DNA of 64,000 nucleotides, taken from assembly GCA_963827165.1 (NCBI GenBank), contig CAWGZR010000004.1, forward strand, positions 211,183-275,182, in the 5' to 3' direction. The translations under genes were made by a program, and so were the position numbers. This document shows positions 22,374-31,827 of the stretch, piece after piece; within the stretch, counting starts at the first letter, position 1; every line of letters begins with the position of its first letter. The stretch comes from Candidatus Bathyarchaeota archaeon (GTDB lineage Archaea; Thermoproteota; Bathyarchaeia; Bathyarchaeales; Bathycorpusculaceae). The notes below the pieces were generated by a model. The model saw nothing but the letters and a program-made list of their open reading frames with translations, was not told the DNA's origin and made no database searches.

Positions 22374-22719
22374 TTTTTAGCCTTTGCAGGTTGGTTTATC
22401 CAGCCATGTATATATAAGACTTTGCGTGATGTGCCGAGACAAGAAGTCATCTAAAGCAATTTTCTTAAAACACAGCCAAAAAACCAATTGCAGATTACTC
22501 CAAACATGAATCTGGCCTTTCCCCTATCCTGGTCTGCTCAACATGATTATGGAGGTTTTTTTGGCGATGTGTTGAGTGTGATTATTTGCTTGTATTTTGA
22601 TGGGAAAACTTCATGGAGATTGGCTTTGATTTTGACTTTCGGGTTTGCGACGCGTTTTTTTCAGAAAGTTTCTTATAGCAGGTTGGATAATCCAACCCAA
22701 CACAAGGGGAATCAAAAGG

Positions 22720-23685
22720 ATGAGAAATAGAAATATCATTTACATCGCAACCGTAATAATAATCGTAGTAATAGCATCAAGCGCTTTCCTCTACATTAAC
22801 CACAAATCACCAAGCCAAACAAGTTCGCAAAAAAACATCACATTACTGGATGATGAAGGTTATACCACCAACCTAACCGCTCCTGCACAAAGAATCGTTT
22901 CATTAGCGCCCAGTTGCACCCAAATCGTCTATGCAATCGGCCAAGGGAGCAAAGTTGTCGGTGTAACAACTTATGACGATTACCCATACAATTTCTCAGC
23001 GTGGGCAGCGGCAGGCAACATGACAATCGACGGCGGCTACGGAACACCAAACATGGAAGCCATAGCGTCACTTCGCCCTGATCTAATACTCACTGACAGT
23101 ATCAATGACGCAAGCCTCCCAAGCCTGAGGAACTTAGGATACAACGTGGTGGTTTTGAACCCAAGCACCATCAGCGGAATATGCAATGACATAACTTTGG
23201 TTGGAACTGCAACAGGCGCCCAAACCCAAGCAAACGCAGTAGCGACAAACATAACAAACACAATCAACGACATATCGGCAAAAATCGCTGGTTTGAAAGA
23301 AGCCCCAATGAAGGTCTTTTATGAAGTCTGGACTCCACCGCTTATGACCGCTGGCTCGACAACTTGGATTAACGACGTCATAAGCAAAGCAGGCGGCGCC
23401 AACATATTTGCCAACGAAACCGACCAGTTCCCAACAGTTGCCTCCGAAACAGTAGTTTCACTTAATCCCGACGCAATATTCTTACCAACCGAAATGGGAC
23501 AAACACCATTCTACGGAAGCGTGTCCCAAGTCGAAGCTCAACCTGGATGGAACACAATCAGCGCAGTTAAAAACAGCCATGTCTACGTAATCGACGGAGA
23601 TTTGTTCTCCGAAGCTGGTCCAAGAGTTGCTGACTGCGTTTACGCCGTCGCCGCTGACTTGTATCCGCAACTTTTCACCTCCTAA
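22720..23685 (+). CDS. btuF: Cobalamin/Fe-siderophore ABC transporter substrate-binding protein
   Basis: RIVSLAPSCTQIVYAIG, VVGVTTYDDYP, PDLIL, W..ISAVKN..VY, GPR. Confidence 0.85.
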   Translation: MRNRNIIYIATVIIIVVIASSAFLYINHKSPSQTSSQKNITLLDDEGYTTNLTAPAQRIVSLAPSCTQIVYAIGQGSKVVGVTTYDDYPYNFSAWAAAGNMTIDGGYGTPNMEAIASLRPDLILTDSINDASLPSLRNLGYNVVVLNPSTISGICNDITLVGTATGAQTQANAVATNITNTINDISAKIAGLKEAPMKVFYEVWTPPLMTAGSTTWINDVISKAGGANIFANETDQFPTVASETVVSLNPDAIFLPTEMGQTPFYGSVSQVEAQPGWNTISAVKNSHVYVIDGDLFSEAGPRVADCVYAVAADLYPQLFTS

Positions 23686-23709
23686 CCTCTTTTTTTGTTG
23701 TGACACATA

Positions 23710-24789
23710 ATGAGCGAAGGCAATATCGAAGGAACATACAGTAAACGTTCATCACGATGGAAAGTAATCTTAGCCGCGCTAGTGTTAGCTCTCGTTTTGA
23801 CCCTTATAGTTTCTCTTAACATAGGTTATGCTTCGATACCTTTTTCTCAAATTCTAGCCATAATAGGCAAGCAAATTCCATTCCTAGGCGCCTCAATAAA
23901 TTCATCTTCAATATCACCCTCTAGCCAAGCAATTATCGTTTTAATTCGTCTGCCACGTGTGCTCGCCGCCGCTCTGGTCGGCGCTGGTTTGGCTGCGGCG
24001 GGTGTAATTTATCAAGGCATTTTCCGAAATCCCATGGCTGACTCATATTTGCTAGGCGCCTCAGCAGGGGCATCGGTGGGTTACTCCATTGCCGTTTTGT
24101 ATGTTTCGTCCGCCTTGACGATTGTAGGTTTGGGCATAGCGCAGACTTTCGCCTTCATTTTTGCCTTGCTGACCGTTTTTCTAGTATTATTCATTTCAAG
24201 AGTCGGACACAGAATTCCCATAACTACCCTGCTGCTTTCCGGTGTGGTTGTGAACATTTTTCTTTTGGCTATGGAAACACTTATGGAGCTTCATTCCGGG
24301 CAAGCACTCACGGGCATAATTGCTTGGCTCGCAGGCGGATTCTCAGATATCGTCTGGCTCCAAGTATACGCAATATTCCCATTCGTCATCATCGGCATAG
24401 CCATAACGTTCTTTTTCACCCGCGACCTAAACATGCTTTCCATGGGAGACGAAACCGCGCAGCATCTTGGAGTGAACACGGAAAAAGTTCGTCAACTCCT
24501 TCTTGTCATAGCTTCTTTGATGACGGCTGCAGCGGTCGCCATAAGCGGTGTCATAGGCTTTGTAGGCTTAATAATTCCGCATATGACTAGGCTGGCGATT
24601 GGACCTGACCATCGCATCCTTCTACCTGCTTCAGCTGTTGTCGGAGCCATGTTCTTGGTGATCTGCGACGCCGTTGCACGAGTTGCCACGGGAGCTTCTG
24701 AATTGCCAGTTGGCGTTATAACTGCCCTTGTCGGAACGCCCTTCTTCATATACCTACTCAGGAGAAGAAAAACAACCTATTCACTTTGA
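23710..24789 (+). CDS. btuC: FecCD/BtuC-family ABC permease
   Basis: IRLPRV, QGIFRNPMAD..LLGASAGA, GVIGFVGLIIPH, ELPVGVITALVGTPFF. Confidence 0.9.
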   Translation: MSEGNIEGTYSKRSSRWKVILAALVLALVLTLIVSLNIGYASIPFSQILAIIGKQIPFLGASINSSSISPSSQAIIVLIRLPRVLAAALVGAGLAAAGVIYQGIFRNPMADSYLLGASAGASVGYSIAVLYVSSALTIVGLGIAQTFAFIFALLTVFLVLFISRVGHRIPITTLLLSGVVVNIFLLAMETLMELHSGQALTGIIAWLAGGFSDIVWLQVYAIFPFVIIGIAITFFFTRDLNMLSMGDETAQHLGVNTEKVRQLLLVIASLMTAAAVAISGVIGFVGLIIPHMTRLAIGPDHRILLPASAVVGAMFLVICDAVARVATGASELPVGVITALVGTPFFIYLLRRRKTTYSL

Positions 24790-24799
24790 GGCGAAAAAA

Positions 24800-26109
24800 A
24801 TGGTGTCACTAAATATCGATGGTGTCGAATGCCGTTACGGCTCAATAAAAATCTTAGAGAACGTCAGCATTTCAGTTAAGGCAGGCGACTTCGTAGGCAT
24901 CCTTGGACCCAACGGCTCCGGAAAATCAACCCTTCTCAAAAGCATAAGCCGAACTCTTAAACCTTCCAAGGGCGCAATCATTCTCAACGACAAGGACATC
25001 TACACTCTAAAAAACATCGAAGTCGCAAAACAGTTGGCTGTGGTTCCGCAAGACAACACCATCAGCTTCAGCTTTACCGCCTTGAGGTTGTTTTGATGGG
25101 GCGCAACCCTCACATGGAAAGGTTCCAGATGGAAACCGAAAGTGACATGGCGATCGCCCGACGAGTTATGAATTTAACGAACACGTGGCATTTAGCGCCC
25201 AGGCCCGTAAACGAGTTAAGCGGCGGTGAGAGGCAACGCGTTATTATTGCCCGGGCGCTGGCGCAGGAGCCTAAAGTTTTGCTTTTGGATGAGCCCCTCA
25301 CTTATCTGGACATCATCAATCAGCTGGAAATCATGGATTTGATCAAGTCGCTTTGTGTAACACAGGGAATCATTGTTATGGCTGTTGTCCATGACCTAAA
25401 CCTTGCCGCACGGTACTGCAACAACGCTTTGCTTCTTAAAAACGGAAAAGTTTATGCCGCCGGACCCATAGATAAAGTGCTAACCAGTGAAAACATAAAG
25501 AGCGTCTTCAATGTGGAAGCCATGGTGAAAAAAAACGCTGTTACCGACTCACTATACATTATTCCACTATCACCTCCAAAATCCTCGCCACCTAGAAACT
25601 GCTCAATTCACATAATAAGCGGTGCAGGAACGGGAACTGTCCTAATGAAAACTCTTCAGGAAGAAGGCTACAACATCACCGCGGGCGTTCTTAACGTCTT
25701 AGACACCGATTTTGAAACCGCCCAATATCTCAATATACCCGTAATAAGTGAAGCCCCATTTTCTCCTATAACCGAAAAAACCCGCAAGCAAACTTCGACA
25801 TAATGAAAAAAGCGGGGTATGATCGTCATAACATCAGTTCCGTTTGGCTACGGCAACCTCTCTAACCTAGAGTCGGCGTTTGAAGCGGTTAAGCAGGGAG
25901 TCACAAATATACGTGATAGAAGAGGAGCCGATGGAAAGCCGAGACTTCACAGGCGGAAAAGCCACCGCATTGATCGAAGAGCTCAAGAAACAGGCGCCGT
26001 TTTCATCAAACACGCATCCGAACTGCCAGCCTTGGTCAATGCAAAACATGACTTAATGAACTGCAGAAAAACGGGCACAAAGAGGTCCCAGGTCACACAA
26101 AAAAAATAA
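24800..26109 (+). CDS. BtuD/FecE-like ABC ATP-binding protein with a C-terminal extension (at least two frameshifts)
   Basis: GPNGSGKST (first fragment), LSGGERQR, LLLDEP and HDLNLAA (second fragment), tail in a third fragment. Confidence 0.85.
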
Positions 26110-26154
26110 CCAAAGAAATCATACAACCCAACCGCCGAAAGGAGCAAACCTAAA

Positions 26155-27264
26155 ATGTCCACCCAAAAAAACAGCAAGTTAGTTTTCGGCGCAGAGAAAA
26201 CCGGCAAAAAACTCGATCACTTCATCTGGTCATGCACCCGAGCCTACCCAGTCAAACACGCTTTTTCGTTGGGAGATGGAAAGCCATTGCCTAACGAGTT
26301 AACCACTGCTGAAGCAAAAATGATGCTAAAGAAAGCCGCGGACTTCGGGGTTGATAACATTTTCATTTCTGGGGCGGGTTGGACTGGAGAACCTTTGATG
26401 CGAGAAGACTTCTTTGAACTCATTCATTATGTTGCTGAGCTTGGGATATCGCCCTACGTTAAGGTTACGGGTTGGCATTTCGACCGCAAGGTAGCGAAAG
26501 AACTTGCCGCGGCGAATTGCAAGGCCATTGTCTGCGTAGCAGGTCTCAGAGAAGTCGACGCTAAACTTCGTGGGAAAGGTGCCTTCGACGACAGCTTAAC
26601 GGCGGCGAAGCTCTGCAAAGAATTCAGTATCCCATTCGCGTTAAGTGTCATTAACACAAAGTACGTGGTTGACCAAATTCCCGCGTTAGTTGACCTTGCC
26701 ATCGAGTTGGGAGCACGCGGTTTTCATTTGGCTTCCCTGATTCCTCAGCCCATAGACGTCGAAAACCAGCTCAAAGTACTTTGTCCTCTTGAGCCGACGC
26801 CGACGGAAAAAGAAAAACAACTTGAAGAAATTTATGAGCTCAACAAAAAAGTAAAAGATAAAATCCTAATTGTCCCCTACGAAATGTTCAACAATCGCGT
26901 TTTGAAAACCAAAGAGCCTCAGAGGGAGCTTAAGAGCACCTGCAGCATGTGCGACGACCTGGTCAAAAACGAGTGGCTGGAGGTTTTGGAGGACGGAAAA
27001 GCCTACGCTTGCGCTCCACTCGGCTTAGAGTTTGGCGACATAAGAACCGACAGCATCCAACAAATAATGGATCGCATGCGTGTATCAGACAAGCTCAAGG
27101 TTTTGGCGGACCGATCCAACCTCAAAGGCAAATGCGGCATCTGCCAATTCAAAAATATCTGTGGCGGCTGCAGAGCCCGAGCATACATCTACTCCAAAGA
27201 CCCCCTGAATCAAGATCCTGCATGCGCATATCAGCCGAAAAAGGCACAAACATTGGAAAACTAA
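26155..27264 (+). CDS. Radical SAM/SPASM-family homolog with a degenerate CxxxCxxC motif
   Basis: NELTTAEAK, GEPLMREDF, RGKGAFD and SPASM LKGKCGICQFKNICGGCRARAY..DPAC are present, but the motif position reads WSCTRAYPVKHAF. Confidence 0.8.
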   Translation: MSTQKNSKLVFGAEKTGKKLDHFIWSCTRAYPVKHAFSLGDGKPLPNELTTAEAKMMLKKAADFGVDNIFISGAGWTGEPLMREDFFELIHYVAELGISPYVKVTGWHFDRKVAKELAAANCKAIVCVAGLREVDAKLRGKGAFDDSLTAAKLCKEFSIPFALSVINTKYVVDQIPALVDLAIELGARGFHLASLIPQPIDVENQLKVLCPLEPTPTEKEKQLEEIYELNKKVKDKILIVPYEMFNNRVLKTKEPQRELKSTCSMCDDLVKNEWLEVLEDGKAYACAPLGLEFGDIRTDSIQQIMDRMRVSDKLKVLADRSNLKGKCGICQFKNICGGCRARAYIYSKDPLNQDPACAYQPKKAQTLEN

Positions 27265-27289
27265 AGGTTTTATTAAGCCAGGTGAGACT

Positions 27290-27921
27290 ATGGCAGAAAA
27301 TGTTAACGAAAAATCGCTTGAACTCATAAGGCAGTGCGCATTAGATTTAGGCGCGTTAATGCAAAGGTGATTGGTGCCGAAAAAATCGTTGTTGCCGACC
27401 GCGTTGTGTTTAAATGCCGGCTAGGCTGTGAAAAATATGGAAAAACATTAGCCTGCCCTCCATACGCGCCAACGCCCAGCGAATTTCGAAAAATCGTCAG
27501 CGAATACCACTACGCGCTCTTCATGAAATTCAACTCGCACGCCGAAGGCGACTCTGAACTCATAAAATACCTTGCAAAAGCGGATGATCCCTCCATTTCG
27601 CCAGAGATGAAGGTAAAAGTTGAAGGCTTCTGGCTCGCTTGGAAGGATGACATGAAGCATCTGCTTGAAGTCGTGTTAGAGCTTGAAAAGGCGGCGGCTG
27701 AAAAAGGGTACCTTCTTGCCGTGGGACTGGTCTCGGGCTCATGTCAGCTATGCGAAAAATGCAATGTTCAGAATGGAATCTGTGTGCACCCTTCCAAGAG
27801 ACGTTTCTCCGAAGAAGGCGTTGGAGTCGACGTAAAAGCAACCGCTGAAAACGCAGGCGTAAAATTCACTTTGCCCTTCAACAAAAACCCTGAAACATTT
27901 GCTCTGCTCCTGATTGATTAG
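27290..27921 (+). CDS. DUF2284 predicted metal-binding protein (frameshift near 27355)
   Basis: KCRLGCEKYGKTLACPPYAP, GSCQLCEKC..CVHP..RRFSEEGVGVDV..TA; the true start is probably the ATG at 27290 after GGTGA. Confidence 0.85.
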
Positions 27922-28096
27922 ACAAAGTGCGAGTTCGCAAAGCTTGAGTACGCACTCAAGTTCGCTTCTAAAGATAAAACGTATTTAATGAATAAAGAAA
28001 CCATAAATCTTTTATTAGCCACACCCTATCAGTTATTCGGCGAATATTGGTGAAAATTTCACTAATATATCGAGTAAAGTTTGATTGGCGACTATA

Positions 28097-28234
28097 ATGC
28101 TTCCCAAACCGATTCCTGCGTTAAATGAAGAGCAGTGGGCTACAGTAGAGAAAGAAATGAAGCGGAAGCCATCAAAGAAAGACGTTGAACGTTTGAAGCG
28201 TGTGAAGAAGACTTTTAAGAATTGTCCGTTATAA
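28097..28234 (+). CDS. 45-aa putative antitoxin, below the ORF-track cutoff
   Basis: MLPKPIPALNEEQWATVEKEMKRKPSKKDVERLKRVKKTFKNCPL*, ending 12 nt before a GNAT gene. Confidence 0.55.
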   Translation: MLPKPIPALNEEQWATVEKEMKRKPSKKDVERLKRVKKTFKNCPL

Positions 28235-28246
28235 TACAGGTTCTAA

Positions 28247-28789
28247 ATGAGCGCTAACAGGGTAACTGCTAAAGACTTATCGTCACCAAAGATTTTGGAT
28301 CAAAATGATGACGTGAGTAGTTTTAGTTGCGGCGTCAAAGATATGGATGAGTTCATCCAAAAGGAAGCCTTGGATTTTCAGAAAGAACGACTTGGCGTGA
28401 CCTACCTTTTTATGCACGACCAAGAATTAGTGGGGTTTGCTACATTATCTATGGCAGATTTGAAAAGGGAAAAAATGGAAGCCAAGTATAGACCTCAATC
28501 GAAAATTGAGAATTATCCAGCGCTTTTGATTGGGCAGCTAGCTGTTTGTGAAGGTCTTCAAGGTCAAGACGTCGGCACTTTCATTTGCGATTTTTGTTTT
28601 GATCGAGCATTAAGGTTCTCCAAGATAGTTGGATGCAGGTTTATGTTTGTAAATGCCATAGAATCTGCATTGGGATTTTACCTGAAATATGGTTTTGTGT
28701 TGCTTCCAAAACAAGAAGGAAGAGATCAGAAAGTGATGTTTTTGGACATATCAAAAGCAACCGATTCATTAACAAAGGCTTCATCATGA
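28247..28789 (+). CDS. GNAT acetyltransferase (AtaT/TacT toxin-like)
   Basis: FSCG..DMDEFI, YPALLIGQLAV..QGQDVG, VNAIESALGFYLKYGF. Confidence 0.85.
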   Translation: MSANRVTAKDLSSPKILDQNDDVSSFSCGVKDMDEFIQKEALDFQKERLGVTYLFMHDQELVGFATLSMADLKREKMEAKYRPQSKIENYPALLIGQLAVCEGLQGQDVGTFICDFCFDRALRFSKIVGCRFMFVNAIESALGFYLKYGFVLLPKQEGRDQKVMFLDISKATDSLTKASS

Positions 28790-28790
28790 A

Positions 28791-29519
28791 TTATTTTGGG
28801 TGCCCTACAACGCTAAGACAGATCGCGCTTTCCTCAGCTCCATCCACATCCACAATTGAGTTGACTTCGTCGTCAAAGAACGCTCCCACTTGGCATGATC
28901 CGCAGGTTATGCTTGCCGCCGCCAACGCCAAATTCTCCGCAATATGACCAGCATCAAGATAGATGTACCGATACGCTCTCTGATTGTACTTCCACTTTGC
29001 CCTCCCAAAAACAGCCGTCCAAACAAAGACCACAGATGCATCCGCACACATCTCCTGATCCAAAGCCGCATGCGCCAATTTTTCGCCGAATCCCCCGGGT
29101 TTTATTTCTTCCAACAAGTGTTTCTTAATGTTGTAATGATAAATGCCCCTGGCTAGGTCTTCCACGTTGTTTGCAGCAATGTACGTCTCGATGGGATACA
29201 GTGCTCCAGCAGACGGCGCCACGCGAAACTCGTAACCGCGTTCAATTCTCTGGATACCTGTCGATGCCCAAAGAAGATAGGCCAAATCAACCAAACTCAA
29301 AGGTTGAGTTGAAAAGGAGCGGGTGCTTTTGCGTTTTCGAAGAACCTCAGTAAAGTTAAGAGTTTCTCGGAACTCGCTAGGCAGCTGAACGGTTTTGCTT
29401 GATGGATAGTTCTTGTAGGTTTCAGGCTTATTCGCCCAGTCCAGGTTGCCACCTAGCCTTTTGGTTCGGAGGTATTTTGTTTCTGTTTGGAAATCGTCTC
29501 CAACGTTTTGTCCCATCAT
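28791..29519 (-). CDS. SagB/ThcOx-family nitroreductase-like dehydrogenase
   Basis: RKSTRSFS, RVAPSAGALYPIE, RAYRYIYLDAGH, GAFFDDEVN. Confidence 0.9.
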   Translation of the reverse strand: MMGQNVGDDFQTETKYLRTKRLGGNLDWANKPETYKNYPSSKTVQLPSEFRETLNFTEVLRKRKSTRSFSTQPLSLVDLAYLLWASTGIQRIERGYEFRVAPSAGALYPIETYIAANNVEDLARGIYHYNIKKHLLEEIKPGGFGEKLAHAALDQEMCADASVVFVWTAVFGRAKWKYNQRAYRYIYLDAGHIAENLALAAASITCGSCQVGAFFDDEVNSIVDVDGAEESAICLSVVGHPK

Positions 29520-29568
29520 CTTAACCTTCTATGAATGCGTCAAGGAAAGAGTTCCTTCAAGGAATGGT

Positions 29569-30057
29569 TTAGGGAAATCCGGTTATCAGGTCGTATAGGT
29601 AAGCGTCCCATTCATCTGCTTCCTTCTTGAGAATCCCAAGCAAATCCGTCAACACTCTATGATGCTTCTTCTCATCTTCCAAAATATTTAGCACAAGCTG
29701 CCTAATCTTTTGGTCTTTCACAACTTCACTTATGTCTTTTGCCTGCTTCAACATCTTAGCCTCTTCTTTAATATGGCTCGTAAGCTCTTTCGCCCCCATT
29801 TCCCAACTTTCCTTGCCCATAACGGCAGTTGAATTCAAATCGATAAGCATCTGATAAGTGTCAGAATGCCTCATCGTATCCAAAATAATGCTGTGAAGAA
29901 ACAGCTTAATGACGGGATTTTGTGCCGATTCATAAAATGGGGTAAGCTTCTTAACAGTTTGGTCTTCAAACTCTTTTTGCTTCTTGATTTTGCCAAGTGC
30001 AGCCTCATCTAGAATTTCCCAAGACAAAACAAATTCCTCACTATTCCTTGGGCACAA
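29569..30057 (-). CDS. Ferritin/rubrerythrin-like di-iron protein
   Basis: DTMRH and DEKKH ExxH-type motifs in a four-helix-bundle pattern. Confidence 0.7.
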   Translation of the reverse strand: MCPRNSEEFVLSWEILDEAALGKIKKQKEFEDQTVKKLTPFYESAQNPVIKLFLHSIILDTMRHSDTYQMLIDLNSTAVMGKESWEMGAKELTSHIKEEAKMLKQAKDISEVVKDQKIRQLVLNILEDEKKHHRVLTDLLGILKKEADEWDAYLYDLITGFP

Positions 30058-30098
30058 ATTCCTATTTAACTCTTTAAAAACTCAATTCAGCGGCGATA

Positions 30099-30377
30099 TT
30101 AGTTCTTGCCCACATCGACTTTGGTGACTTCAACTATCGAGTCAGCGGGGAAAGCAATCTTCTGAAGCGCCGCTTCCAAAACCTCTTTGGATGGTGCTTC
30201 AAACTCTATGAGGGCTTTTTCCACGTCAGCATTCGCTTCAGGAGCGCAACAATAGCAGGTTTTCAAATGAACATCTTTAATACCTGTCCTCTCAAAAATG
30301 TCAGCTGTACCTATAATGCAGGTAAGTCTGTTGAGCTGGATTTGAGGTACCTTCGAATTAACTATGAAACGTTTCAC
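30099..30377 (-). CDS. Small hypothetical protein (ferredoxin-like fold suspected)
   Basis: 92-aa ORF with CYCC and EFEAPSKEVL..FPADSIVEV. Confidence 0.55.
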   Translation of the reverse strand: MKRFIVNSKVPQIQLNRLTCIIGTADIFERTGIKDVHLKTCYCCAPEANADVEKALIEFEAPSKEVLEAALQKIAFPADSIVEVTKVDVGKN

Positions 30378-30533
30378 GGCTCTGTCTCCAACTTAAAAAA
30401 CCGAAAGCACCATATAAGCTGTGTGCAAACGCTGGTTCTAGTCACAAAGCTCTTGAGGCTTTTCTTACGACAATTAAACTGGAAAATAGAACATTAATGT
30501 CGAAAAATAGAACAATCAAGTAATTCCCGAGAC

Positions 30534-30833
30534 CTATGCTTTTTTAGCCCTTGCAGCCCTCTTTTTTCTGTATTTTTGTATTATCTTTTCAATGTCATCT
30601 TGCGTTAACTCGCCGTATTTTGCTATTCTTTCATCGACTCTTTTGTACATGGCCTCAATCTCCTTCGATAAGTCCGGCTCCACAAATTTCTTCAATATCA
30701 CCGCGTCGTCGCACTCATACACTAGAAATTTTGTTTTAGGTTTGAGACCCATTCGTGACCTTATTTTTGCAGGTATAACAACTTGACCTTTTTGGCTAAG
30801 AATCGTAAGTTCAGCCTTTTCACTTTGAGTCAT
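30534..30833 (-). CDS. AbrB/MazE/SpoVT-family DNA-binding protein
   Basis: LSQKGQVVIPAKIRSRMGLKP..VILKK. Confidence 0.88.
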   Translation of the reverse strand: MTQSEKAELTILSQKGQVVIPAKIRSRMGLKPKTKFLVYECDDAVILKKFVEPDLSKEIEAMYKRVDERIAKYGELTQDDIEKIIQKYRKKRAARAKKA

Positions 30834-30983
30834 TCACGTTAACCCCGAATATAATCTTACATTCTTACCTAAAATAGATACCTCATAAAACGCTTTCCAA
30901 GCTAAAACGCTGGCATGAATTGCTCCTGTTGGTTAGGCAAGTTTGGGCCGGGATGATTGAAAGGATTTATTGCTAAATAGAGC

Positions 30984-31371
30984 CTACCCTTTGTCAGCAA
31001 AACGAAACCGTTGCTGGATTATTCGTATCTTTCTTTTTGTAATAATAACGAGTTTGTTTCGTATTTCTTTGAGATTTATTTTGTTTTGAGCTAAATTTAA
31101 TGTTTCAATAATGTTGCTAGGAGGTGGAGGGTTTGCTTTTACGATTATGACTGTGAGTAATGCGCCTTTTTGAAAGGTCCGGTATAGTTGGGCAAAACCT
31201 TTGTCTAACGTGACGATTGACATTTTGTTTTTTTATGGCATAGTCCGCTATTGCGCTGTCTTTGGCGCTTTTAAGGAGCAAATTCGAAACGTTTACTGTT
31301 TCAAAACCTTTCTTAAATAACCATTCCTCGACATCCTTTGGAGTGTTTTCATCGATTATAATCTTAGCCAA
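30984..31371 (-). CDS. DUF5615 (Mut7-like PIN) toxin, frameshifted
   Basis: IIIDENTP..AKDSAIADYAIK joined to SIVTLDKGF. Confidence 0.78.
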
Positions 31372-31391
31372 AGGATAAGCAGCAGCTCTTT

Positions 31392-31619
31392 TCAGATCAC
31401 TATGGTTTCTTCAGTTTCTAAGCATTTTGAAGCATAAGTGAGCGCAGCTTTGATATCTTCTTTTTTTAGAGTTGGATATTGACTTAGTATTTCTTTTTCG
31501 GTCATACCACTTGCTAGAAGCTCGATGACGAGATAAACTGGAATACGAGTTCCTTCAATGACTGGTTTCCCAGATAGAACTTCGGGGTCAATCATTATCC
31601 TATCCATGAGCTCTTCCAT
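31392..31619 (-). CDS. DUF433 antitoxin
   Basis: RIMIDPEVLSGKPVIEGTRIPV..YPTLKKEDIKAALTYA. Confidence 0.92.
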   Translation of the reverse strand: MEELMDRIMIDPEVLSGKPVIEGTRIPVYLVIELLASGMTEKEILSQYPTLKKEDIKAALTYASKCLETEETIVI

Positions 31620-31827
31620 ACGAGTTCACTACTGCCATCACATTAACTAACATCAATACAAGTCATTAGTTAGGCAAATTACAATTGCCCCATGTCAACT
31701 AACGTAATTCACATTAATAACATATAAGTAAAGTCGCAATTCTTACTTATCATTATCATCTCACGCACGTTTATATTATCGTTTTATACTATAATATTAT
31801 CTCCCAATAGGACATGATGAAAAAGTA

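Noticed and set aside
22374-22719. Cobalamin riboswitch upstream of the btu genes
   Set aside because: I could not see a B12-box or conserved core.
28791-29519. SagB/ThcOx dehydrogenase as part of the RiPP cluster
   Set aside because: It is 6 kb away with TA genes in between, no YcaO cyclodehydratase is present, and stand-alone members are common in archaea.
30944-30962. tRNA 3'-end/att-like fragment (TGGGCCGGGA..TTGAA)
   Set aside because: It is too short, has no partner repeat, and no full tRNA was found in the window.
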